From contig ADNK01002959.1 of assembly GCA_000320545.1 (NCBI GenBank), positions 62,001 to 126,000 of the forward strand: a DNA stretch of 64,000 nucleotides. The letters run 5' to 3'. Source of the stretch: Bigelowiella natans CCMP2755 (lineage: Eukaryota; Protista; Cercozoa). Below, piece after piece: positions 1-21,869 of the stretch (position 1 is the first letter of the stretch; each line of letters opens with the position of its first letter). Under the pieces are notes generated by a model. The model was given only the letters and a program-made list of their open reading frames with translations. It was not told where the DNA came from and ran no database searches. A program made the position numbers and the translations under genes.

Positions 1-1206
1 TGGTGGTGGTGATGATTGTGGTAGTGATAGCACTTTTTCTGGGTCTCTTCAAAGCATTGTCCATCAACTACTTGGTAAGGTGAAGCATCAGCAGCAGCAG
101 CACAAGGTAGTAGTAGGAGGTGGAGACGATGTTAATGAACCCCCGTTTGCCTTGGTTGAAATCAAATATGGTAATTCTGCCAAGAGTAGTCTAAGCCGTC
201 CTTCTGGTTCTACTACTACCACTGCTACTCGAAGATATAGAGTAAAATTATTCGTGAAAGCAAGAATTATAGCCACCAACCTGAAGGAAGATGATGATGA
301 TGATAATGATCCATTTTGGTCAAAACCATCGTTAATATCATCGATTGTGGAGTCTGTAAGGTTTGTTGTTAATAACACAGCTCATTATCATCATCGTCAT
401 CATCATCATCATCATCATCATAATCTAGGTCATTGATTAATAGCAGATATCCCGCCACCACCGAGGTTTGATATTGATCCTCTCCCTCATAATACAATCA
501 TTAGTTTTTCAAAGCATGACTCGTTTCTGGGGGCATCTTCGTGGGAGAGCAAGAAGTTGGATCAGAATGGATCGATCCAAGTTGCCTATCGGGGTACTAC
601 TAGTAGCTTTCGATGATGATGATGATTATGATGATGATGATGATGCTGTCGCGTCTTTCTTCCTCTCGATGAGTACTGGAACTATTGCCAGGCAGATGGA
701 GGTGTTGAAGTACTATGACCAGATGTAAATTATTTGTGAATCTTCGATAGTTTTCCTCAAGTTGTTGTTTTGATTTCAGCTTCTTCTTCTTCTTCTTCTT
801 CTTCTTCTTCTTTTCAGAAAGCTTCCCCCTTGTTCCGTCATCACAACTCCGTTTCTTATCATTCTGCTGACGTGATTGTTTTTGTTTAGGATGGGGTGGA
901 TTTCTTACGGAGATCAAAATACAATTCGCACTTCAAAACAAGAAAAACACGGTGGTAGGAAAAGATAAAGCTGAGTCATCCCCTGTGAGAACATTGGTTC
1001 TACCACATTACATCATACTGCATGATAATGGAGAGACATCGGAAAATACGATAACTACCCTCGTAAGATTCATCCCCACAGCTGCAAGCACTCGCGAAAA
1101 AGACAGCATCGAGGCTCTTTTGCAGGAACATAAACAAATGGAGGTCAAACAAAGAAGGACAAAGAAAACAAAAAAATGTAAAAGCCGTAGATCAATGCGA
1201 TTATAG
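1..1206 (+). CDS. 3' part of an intron-containing YEATS-domain protein (5' end outside window)
   Basis: Exon fragments RYRVKLFVKAR...SLISSIVESVRF (80-436 frame) and, after tttag at ~889, GWGGFLTEIKIQF...LPHYIILHDNG. These resemble the YEATS GWGxF and HxLxL motifs. Frame ends in a basic tail, stop at 1206. Confidence 0.6.
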
Positions 1207-1395
1207 CATAATAGAAGCGAAGATGCGTCGAGATCTTAGGTTGTTCTCTAGCACGCTGCTATTATGCACTGTCAATAATTTCAACGCATGATGCATATTG
1301 ATTGCGTGCTTGCATCCGATCCATGTACGTGTGCATATGTGTATGTTATCGTCAGTGTCACATCATATTGCATCGACGTAGACACTGACACATCT

Positions 1396-1455
1396 ATGAG
1401 ACGGGTGTAATGAACAAATTAAATTTCAAATGGTCATGCAAATCTAATATAGCTA
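1396..1455 (-). repeat. LINE 3'-end fragment
   Basis: atgagacgggtgtaatgaac...aaatggtcat matches reverse complement of ~54655-54697. Confidence 0.75.
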
Positions 1456-2003
1456 TCTAGCTATGCATGTCAGCATATTTATGCATCTGATCGCTACTCC
1501 AGTCGGATGCTAGGATGCCTGCATATGTATATGCACAGATCTAGAGATGTACAACATTTGTGCGCGTGCATGCGATGAACGCCCTGCCACGCAGTACATA
1601 GTACAATCGAAAGTCGTCATCTATGTGCGAATCAAATATCATCCGACAAAATGTAGCTATAACAATCTACAGCGCTTATGTTGTATCATCATGGAACATA
1701 CATCATTGTGTTGCATGCACGACTGTTTCTGAAGCTTGCATTAACATCTCCATTGTTCATTGTGTGTGTGTGTTCTTGTGTGTTGTGAAGCACATGTTCC
1801 AAAAAGAAGAAGAGCTAGAGACATCTAGATAGAATTATGGGCTAGCAGCTGCGCGTGCGCTACCTCGATGTGACAATGAGTTTTCATGACAATATATGAG
1901 TTTTCAGCAATACATCCAGACATCTAGCTGACGAGTCACAGCGCATACAGCAGCTACATCCGCAATATCACAACATGTGACCTATCATAAGTACTTCCTA
2001 CAC

Positions 2004-2471
2004 TCAGCACTTCAAAGATCTTGGTGTATCCGTGGCAGTAATCTTTTTGTTATCTTTCTTACCACACGCCTTTTTGATTATATACTTATCAACAAACCTA
2101 ATGACGATGAACATTTCTCAACCCAAGTCATAATGCATTATTTAAGATTAGAGACGGAGCTTATTATACTTACAATGTCCCGAAGAGATACACATATAGG
2201 GAGTACATCGCAGCAGTCAAAAACCTAAGATCACCATTTATCATAATAGTATCTGTTAAACGAGAAGCACATTGAATGTCTTTCCTCTTGTATGTATTAC
2301 CAGAGAATAAGCATCTCTCATGTTATTTCTATTCTTTATGAGAAACCGACTTTGACTGAGTTGTTGGCGACTAACTGCATTTCTTCTTCTTCTTCTTCTT
2401 CTTCTTCTTCTTCTTCTTCTTCTTCTCATTCTTATTCATTCTTCTCCTTTTCCTTTGTTAAAATTACAATA

Positions 2472-2506
<35 letters not shown>

Positions 2507-2787
2507 ATTCGTTCAGTACTATGTATACCAGTAGATGTCTTTGATGCTGCATTTATCCCGGATAGAAAAGAAATATAGCGGCACAATCACGCCAGCCTGC
2601 AAAGTTTTTTGAGATGTATGTTTACGTGCGCCGTGTGTATATTTATTAATACATGAGGTTATGCACACAGGCATACACACTCTCAACTATATATATATAT
2701 ATATATATATAAATATACATTATATATACACACAGTTTTATGATACACAATTTTGCTTTTTGATTTACATACCTGATATCATTCATA

Positions 2788-2836
<49 letters not shown>

Positions 2837-4279
2837 TCGCCGTTGGCAAAGAAAAGGTGTTATTTCGAGTGAGATTTAGTGATAGGTATAGTAACCAGCA
2901 TTTGAATATTCTGCAACGAGGTCACAACAATCGCTAAGTGGTACGTTGAAATGGAAATTAGGAGAGTAGTAAGCACAAATGCCGAGAAGATGGATGATGA
3001 TAATAGACGGTACTTCAACCTCCCATCAATACGACTACTAACATACCCTACCAATACTAATACCATCATTTCCTCTCATCATTATAATGGAGAAGTTTTA
3101 TCATAGTTTTGTTTTGCTACTCTCTTCTCACAGGTAGCGGCTAGCCTTTTCTAAACCACCTGACCGCTTATGGTTGGATGTTTCAAATCGAGAATATGTA
3201 TTCATTTATTTTCTTTTATGTATTTGGTTTATAGCGACAACAACCTGTGCTGCTTGGTTTCAACTTCATAGCAGCGAAGAAGTACCAACAGTACCTGAGG
3301 AGGAGGAGGAGGATAATTGACATGCAGGAAGGAGACAAGAGATCAACGACAACATTCTATTTAGTTTTTATCGGGAAGAATTACATCTTCTTTGTGGTTA
3401 TCATCACCATCATCATGATCATGATGATCATCATCATCATCATCATCATCGTTGTCGCATAATCATGGATGCTCTACGCTGCATGGTACGGTTCGCTACT
3501 GCTACTACAACTGCTGGTGGTGGTGGTATGAATGTCCCTTGTATGCATACACTCACATTATCGTGTGGACGAATGCATTGACCGTAGCAAAAATCTGAAT
3601 ATAATCGATGATGATGATGATGATGATGATGATGACTAATGAGCACCGATGGAGAACAAAAGCAAGAGAAGGAGGAGGAGGAGGAGGAGGAGGAGGAGGA
3701 GGAGGGGTAGTAGCAGAGGAAATCCAAGAAAAATAAAGAAAAAGAGAAAGAAAAATAGAAATCGATTTGGGTTAAGTAGCTGCTATAGTTTTAATGATGA
3801 AAAGAGGTATTATTACGATTCCTGGAGAAGCAAAGAGGACAAGACACAACCAAGAGTACCACATAGTCAATTGGTGGTGGATCCAGTGAAGTCTGCTCAC
3901 TGGCTTTTTGCAAAGAACAATGAAGATAGTATCGATGAACCTGATTGAATTGTCAACTCATTTTCTCGAGAATCACCTCTTTATACTAATTGCACATATA
4001 CATCATCCTTCATTACTACTCTTTTGAACGAATGTTATGATGGAAGATAGTGTAGGATGATGGAAGTAGTAGGATATTAAAATGCTCACCACCACCACCA
4101 CCATCATGATCATCATCATCCTTCTCATTATTAATATTAATACTGCTGTGATGATCTGTTGTTATTATTATGATTGTAATCGTCTCACTCCATTGGCTTT
4201 GAGTAGCAAAAGAACTCGACCCAAGCTAGCCTACCACGTGTGCCGTCTTTCGAAATCACATCTGAAGTATGTCATCAAC

Positions 4280-4319
<40 letters not shown>

Positions 4320-5754
4320 GGGAAGCTGCTGCTATTAGCGAGCTCATTTAGGATTGCAATGATGAAGTGGTAATTATAATAAATCTAGGATTCAGAATAC
4401 TGAGGTGTATCAGCGAGCAGATATTCTTTTAACGTGAAAAGCAATCTCAAAATGATGCTAATGGTGACATTGATGATTTGTGAGAATGAGGTTGCTGTAG
4501 GTTTTGTTGGTGGTTAGTTGGTGGTGATGATGATTACTACCAGAGATGGAGACACAGTACTTAAGGGAAGTATTGTATATTCTAACAAAGAACAACACAC
4601 AGGTCACTCATTGAAGGCTCTCGCAAATCTGGCTGTTGCCGTTGTCATTTAAATTAAATCCATTGCTAATTATGTCTCTTGTACCCATTGTTGGTGCTCA
4701 GATGGTGAAGCACTGCCGAGCCTAGACGTACGAGAGCGAAATACGAGAATATCCATGCAATCAATGACCAAACAGGTAGCAACCTGAAGTTATAGAAACA
4801 AGAGTCACGTACGACGACAACGAGCAGCGATCAGAGCAGCCCTTTCTTAAAGGAGGAAAGTACTGATACTTTAAAAACAGTTACATAATGTTATGTCTAG
4901 TGACTTTCCAGCAAGTCTCGTCAAATTGTTGTTTTCTGGAAGCTCTTCCATGTACCATACACCCTAATTGAGGAGGAGAGGAGTATCAAAGTCGTCGTTA
5001 CTATCACTGCAATTACTACTTCTTCTATTACTAGTGCTGCATCTGCTAATCACTCGAAGTAATACCACTGTTATTAAAAGCGTATAGAGAATGCTTGCAG
5101 CTAGGAAGAAAGGCCACAGGCTGAGCATCCACTGCATAGCATATAATAACCACAAAAGTAGTAAAATACATCAGTAATATGCAACTACAGGAAATATAGA
5201 AACATTGGAAAGAAATGGGTGCATTACTACCTCATCACTGACTCCTTTTCTGAGCTCGAATTTCCCCTCAAGCTCTCTTAGTCCTGGGACTCTGGAAGAT
5301 AGATGATGGTGATGATGGCAGAATTTTAAAGTAGCAGCAGGGGGGAATGGAACCAATTTAGAATCCACGTGGTTGTGTGTGAGTGATGATGGCACAGCTT
5401 TCCATCAATCACATTACTTATCCCTACCACTACTACTGCTGTTACGTATGTGTTAATTTATTACAGATCTGCAAGGTCATATTGCATTGTAATGACGGTC
5501 ATTGCCGCGCAGCTAGACAGATAGAGAGCATCGCCCAGGAATCCCGAAGAAGAAGCTTTCTTCTCATTCCTGCTCTCCTTCTTCTTCTTCATATTGTTGT
5601 TGTTCTTGGCCGGGGTAAGGAGACTTCCCCGCGGGACGAGGAGCGATACAGGCCTGTAGCAGGTTGTTGACGGAGTAGTAGTGCTCGGACACATAGTAGA
5701 TCTATTATTAGCATTATTATTAATAGTATCCCGTGCTTTTATACAGTGCGTCAT
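2004..5754 (-). CDS. ELO/GNS1-SUR4 family fatty-acid elongase, multi-exon; 5' end uncertain
   Basis: Spliced exons give FCYSKPME|FIDTIFIVLCKKPVSRLHWIHH (KxxExxDT and HxxHH box), ATVNAFVHTIM|YCWY, VTSLQNIQM, AMYSLYVYLFGT, then a Lys-rich C-terminus with TGA at 2004-2006. Upstream exons at 4.6-5.75 kb are tentative. Confidence 0.85.
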
Positions 5755-6065
5755 ACAAAAATACCCTTAAAAACTAGAAAAACCCAGACTCGCAGGAATC
5801 ATTAGGAAATATTTAGAGGAATTGTGCTTAAAAGCCAAAAGAAGATCAGTTCTGTGTTTTCTTTTGGCGCTTTTCTTTTGGAAAAATAAATGTCATTTTA
5901 AACATGCGACATGAATAATTGCACACAAATGTAAGCTTAAATACTGTAAAAAAGGACCCAAATCGAGTTCGTGTTCCTTGTCGCTGTTGGAAATTCCCCA
6001 TTGTTGCATATCTATCTCGTCGCTCACAAACCAACCCCCCCACCTCTCCGATTTACTCTCCTACC

Positions 6066-6918
6066 ATGATGGCCTCCCGCACCTCCCGCAGCGCAAAATC
6101 ACTGAAGAGATTCTTTTCCACTCGCACTCCGATTGTGGGAGGGAACTGGAAGCTCAACGCAGGCAACGGAATGACCACCGCAACCATTGGTAAGTTTGAG
6201 TACTACAGCGGGAGAGAGAGAGAAAGAGAGAGATGATGAGAATAATGTGTACTGCTCCCATCAGATGAACTTGTAAAGGATCTGAACGATTCAAAAACGC
6301 CTTCATGCGAGATGTTCATCTGCCCTCCCACGCTTTACCTCGAACGTGTCCAGAATTCAGCAGGTATCATGTAGGGGGGAGGGAGACTTTTTCAATAATG
6401 CTGCTGATGATGACGAATGACGACGACGATAACGACGACGAAAATGCATACAACGGAGAATATATCGTATATACACGAGTTGCTTACGAAGATACTTATT
6501 TGAATCAGCATCTCACCTGGCAGTGTGCGCACAAAACATCTACTCTGAACCCAAGGTAGTAGTAGTAGTAGTTATGAACCGCATCTTTCTTCAACTTCAA
6601 CCAATATTTTAGACTAAAGCTCGCAATACTATCCTGATTCTTCATGAGAGCTCCTTTCCTTTACCCCTTTGATTAGGGGGCATTTACGGGGGAAACCTCG
6701 GGAGATATGCTCCTGGATATGGGCATAAAGTGAGTAGTATTGATATAGATATATGCTCCTGGATATGGGCATAAAGTGAGTAGTATTGATATAGATATAT
6801 GCTCCTGGATATGGGCATAAAGTAAGTAGTATTGATATAGATGTATGCTCCTGGATATGGGCATAAAGTAAGTAGTATTGATAAGATATATGCTCCTGGA
6901 TACGAGCATAAAGTAAGT

Positions 6919-6975
<57 letters not shown>

Positions 6976-7911
6976 GTTATATGTTATGTGGGTATATGTA
7001 TGCGCATATGTATTTAATCTATGCATGCATGCATCTCCCCACGGAGCAGCGCTTTGATGATGCCAACGTCTTCAACTTCCCATGCTACCGAATAATCTTC
7101 ATTTATTTCTTCGTTTGAGTTATTATTATCATTATTATTATAACTAGTTTGTGCGCTACATCAGGTGGTCTTTGATCGGGCACAGTGAGCGCCGCGACGT
7201 ATTTGGAGAAAGCGATGAGCTTTTAGGGGTGGGTTAGTTCTTGATCTACTGCACACCGACCGACTTCCATGTTTTATGTGAATAACATTGCCATCTCCCC
7301 GCACGTTATACCCATGACCGTTGTGCTACTACTTTTTCCACTTTCTCCAAATGTAGGCGAAGATTGCACACGCTCAAAGCATAGGTTTGGTTGTTGTTAG
7401 AACAAGTTTCAACGCAAATACAAACATGCATCCATCTCTACGACTACTACTACTACGATCGTATCAACGACGATTAGTATATTAACGACGATAAGATGTG
7501 ATTGCACGGGTAGTAATAGGCCTAAGGTCTTGGTGTTCTCCCTAGATATAGTTTTTGTCAACCACGCTCCATGATTATTCTAGTCTTTTGATTCTTATAC
7601 GAGCATCGCTATGTGCTTCTTCTTCTTCTTCTTCTTCTGCTGCTGCTGCTGCTGCTGCTGCGGCTGCTGACAGGGTTGAATGTGGTCCCTTGCATCGGCG
7701 AGCATAAGGAGGAAAGAGAGGCGGGAAAGACTATGGATGGTATGTTTAAACATCGTCATCATCATCATCATCAACAACAACAACAGTAGCAAAAACGTCG
7801 ATAGCAGTAGCAATGCTGACGAATTGATTTATCGTGCAGTGCTTATTCCTCAGCTTCAGGCAATATCCAATAACGTCTCCGATTGGTGTGTATGTGTGTA
7901 TGTGTGTATGT

Positions 7912-7951
<40 letters not shown>

Positions 7952-8362
7952 GTTGGTGAATGCATAATACCGAGCTAGAAGAAGAAGAAGCATGAGGAGA
8001 ATGATCTGGAAGAAGCAAGAACGAAAAGAACAACAATGACATTTCGTTATGTTGGATGTATAGCATTCTCTTTCTCCTTCTTCTTCTTCTCATTTCCTCC
8101 TCGTACACCACCACAATTCTCCAAATAGGTCTAAAATCGTCATCGCATACGAGCCAGTATGGGCAATCGGCACTGGTAATAGTTTTGTGGTTGCAGCAGA
8201 CGTTTGTTATTGTATCAGCTAGCTGCTGCTGCTGCTGATGATGATGATGATGACGATAGGGTGGTAGTAGTCGTAGAAATGATTTGAACGTATGGGATCA
8301 ATGGGCAATCCCTGTTGTGCAAAGAGCCGTGATGAGGGATCATCATTATCATCATCGTCGTC

Positions 8363-8398
<36 letters not shown>

Positions 8399-8517
8399 GG
8401 GCTCACTGCCTCTCCTGAGCAAGCACAGGAAACACATGCAAACATCCGGTACTAAGTACTAGCAGTAGTAGTTGTAGTAAATGATGAATAAGATCACCTA
8501 TCATGCCTTTTCACATG

Positions 8518-8599
<82 letters not shown>

Positions 8600-9025
8600 T
8601 GCACTAGTTTTGCAAGCAAAGGAGAATAATTGAATACATCAATAATTTGGGTGGTTAGGCTGCTTTCTCGCATATGTTACACCCCTCTCCCATCGTCTCT
8701 CATTAGATATATGACTGTTTACCTAATATACCTTCAAAATCAGAACATGGGTGTCCCAGAATGTGTCGGCAGAGGTGTAATTAACATTACTATTATTATT
8801 ATTATTATTATTATTCCAACTTCTATTAATATTGTGATTTTAGAATTGGTGATAGCAATACTACTAACTGAGAAGTATAGCATTGAATAAGCACTCAATT
8901 TGTCCTGATTTCCACCACCACCACTACTTTCACTACTTCTAGAGACGCATGAAGAGAGTAATAGATGATGAGCAAAATCGACGTTATGTGTACGATGAGT
9001 TGTTCGTGTACGCGCGCGCGCGTGC

Positions 9026-9113
<88 letters not shown>

Positions 9114-9223
9114 GTAATGTAAATGCTGATACTATATCACAAAATCTTTGGTTGATTGTACCTCCCCCCTTCTCTGTTATATCTATGGTTGATGTTAATT
9201 TAATTGATGATTCTTGGCCTCTG

Positions 9224-9256
<33 letters not shown>

Positions 9257-9717
9257 ACGTGTACATGATACAGGTTGCTGACAACTTACGAATCCAGTAT
9301 GGAGGCTCTGTAAAGGACTCAAACAGGTGGCTATTGCAAGAAGAAGAGGAGAGAGAGAGAGAGAGAAGTGGTAGAGGAGGAGGACAAGGAAGAGAGATGC
9401 AATACAGACAAATGTCTATATATACAGATATGTAGTCTCATATTGTGGGTTTTTGTTTCAATTATCGTGTGCAATATTGAATATCACCTTCCATATACAC
9501 AGCGCGGCTCTTGCTGGAGGAGCGGATATTGACGGTTTCCTCGTGGGAGGTGCATCCCTCAAGGTAACCTTTTTCACATTATTATCCCTAGTTTTCATCA
9601 TTCACCTTTGAGTTGCTGTAATTCTGATATCTTCCGTTCTTTTCGTACTCTGTGATCACCACATTGGACATCCGGTAGGCACCCGCCTTCATCTCCATAT
9701 GCTCAGCTTTTGATTAG
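6066..9717 (+). CDS. TPI: Triosephosphate isomerase with N-terminal extension, ~13 exons
   Basis: GT-AG spliced: IVGGNWK, CAQNIYSEPK|GAFTGETS, LIGHSERRDVFGESDE, PCIGE, IAYEPVWAIGTG, ASPEQAQETH, IQYGGSV, DIDGFLVGGASLK; stop TAG 9715-9717. Confidence 0.97.
6705..6918 (+). repeat. 5 x ~46-bp tandem repeat spanning a TPI exon end and its splice donor
   Basis: Unit atatgctcctggatatgggcataaa|gt[g/a]agtagtattgatatagat. Confidence 0.95.
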
Positions 9718-10288
9718 AGAATGCACCTGTGTGGCTGGTCGTTTGAATTGCTCAGAAGATGCATAAAAGTGCAAGATATCTAGATATGTTAGCTACTAAA
9801 GCGGTGATAGCATGCTGCAATCTTTCTGTCTGTAAGCTACTAGTGAGCGAGTTCTTTACTCTCACTCTCAATGGTTCTTTGTGTTTTGCAACCGAAGAGT
9901 CAGATACTTTGTTATATGATGTGGTCGCGATGCTCATCTAGTCATGTCGATTGCGCGCATTACAATAACGTGCACGGCTAGATGAGCAACACATCAAGGC
10001 ATAACTAAAGAAGAAATGATGTAAAATCCATGTAGATACACTTGGCAGGCAGTCATGCATGAATGAAGCGCAAACACACGCTAGTACGTTAGACGTGCAT
10101 GTGTTTTGACCAGAGCTAGAGAGGACGTACACATTTGGACAACTGACACGTCTATTTAGCTAGATGTGCGCGTTAATGCACACAATGCAAGGAATCTGCT
10201 ATGTGTGTGATCTAATGATGCGTAGCTGATTTTAGCATGTGCCTAGGACTCACATAAAGTCCATACATGCGCATGCATGTACTATTGC

Positions 10289-10386
10289 ATGAGACAGATG
10301 TAATCATAATGTGTTAATGTGTTGTGATTAAATTATTACAATTGTCATCGTAATGGAGCTATATATGCAAAGCAGCGGCTGTAGCT
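10289..10386 (-). repeat. LINE 3'-end fragment
   Basis: atgagacagatgtaat...caattgtcatcgtaatggagct...gcaaagcagcggctgtagc. Confidence 0.75.
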
Positions 10387-10944
10387 AGATAGCGGTTATC
10401 AAGTTATGTTGCATTGCATCCATGTTGGTCATGCGCATGCACAGAGCATGATAGACATGCAATATGATCATATATATTATGAGCTTTGGCTGAGCAACAA
10501 ACAATGTTGCGATGATGACACTCGCAACAATGCGTCGTATCACTTGAAGATATCTAGAAGGTAGCATGCAAAATAAAGTTTTGAGCTGCTCCATAACTCA
10601 CGCACAACACTAGAACTAGAGAACACTCGACGTGTGTCCGCAGCTCATACAAGTTCATGGGTACCAGCACAGCGTGTTTACATATATAAGGCCTAGCTTG
10701 TCGAACAGTCATTACAGCCATGCAGTGGCCAATGCATCTCGCTGGATCTGTGCGTACAACGACATGAGCAGCACACAGCTGTACGTGCCATCCAGACGTG
10801 TTCACATATGCATAGGTAATGCGTGTGATAATGCAATCGTATATGTGCCAAAATTATACAGATTACTGTGTTGGGGCATTCATGTTACATTAGCAGCACA
10901 CAAAGCGAAGCATTGACAAGTACTTCGTCACCGTCCTCTTATCA

Positions 10945-21196
<10,252 letters not shown>

Positions 21197-21869
21197 CCTT
21201 GTAGCGGAGCTTCGCTGCTACTGATCTACGTAGCGTTTCCCCTCCTTCTTCCCCTATCTTCTCCTCCTCGTCGTCTCATAGATCTAGCTGACATCGGAAG
21301 TACATGAAGGGCTTCCTCGATCTAAGACCTTGCTCATGTGGATTTCATGCAAGCGTCCTCAATTTGTCACTTGCGACAATCGTAATTTGGATTTATTATC
21401 CTTAATCATACTATCTTGTCGCAACTGACTCTGCTTCCTACATTTTTTTTCATGATCGTTGGGATCGCCCACACAACCGTTAATTGAACATATAAACGAT
21501 GATGATTGCATGAGGATGGCTGGCAAATAATATCAGAAATTGTATCGATGTCATCATAAATGATATCTGCGATACCTTGTAGTAACAAATAAATAACATG
21601 TGTTCGGTTTTTTCGTCATTGGTAACAAGATTTATTACGTAGTGCGATGCATCAATTTTGGACCAGCCCGGGTAATTGCGGCTCAGAAGCCATTCCCCGG
21701 ATAGTGCGCGCGAAATCCTTCTATGTTGTTTTGACATATATTTTGGGACTACGACTTGGTTTACTCCTTCAATCTAATCTAAAAACGCAAGGAGATCAAT
21801 TGCAATAGGTCGTATCCCCATTCCTTCTGTTGCTCTTTCCTCTGGGAAAGAAGTGTCCCCTCCCTTCCA

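Noticed and set aside
9717-10920. TPI-GAPDH fusion
   Set aside because: TPI ends in a stop at 9717 and no GAPDH motifs are visible downstream.
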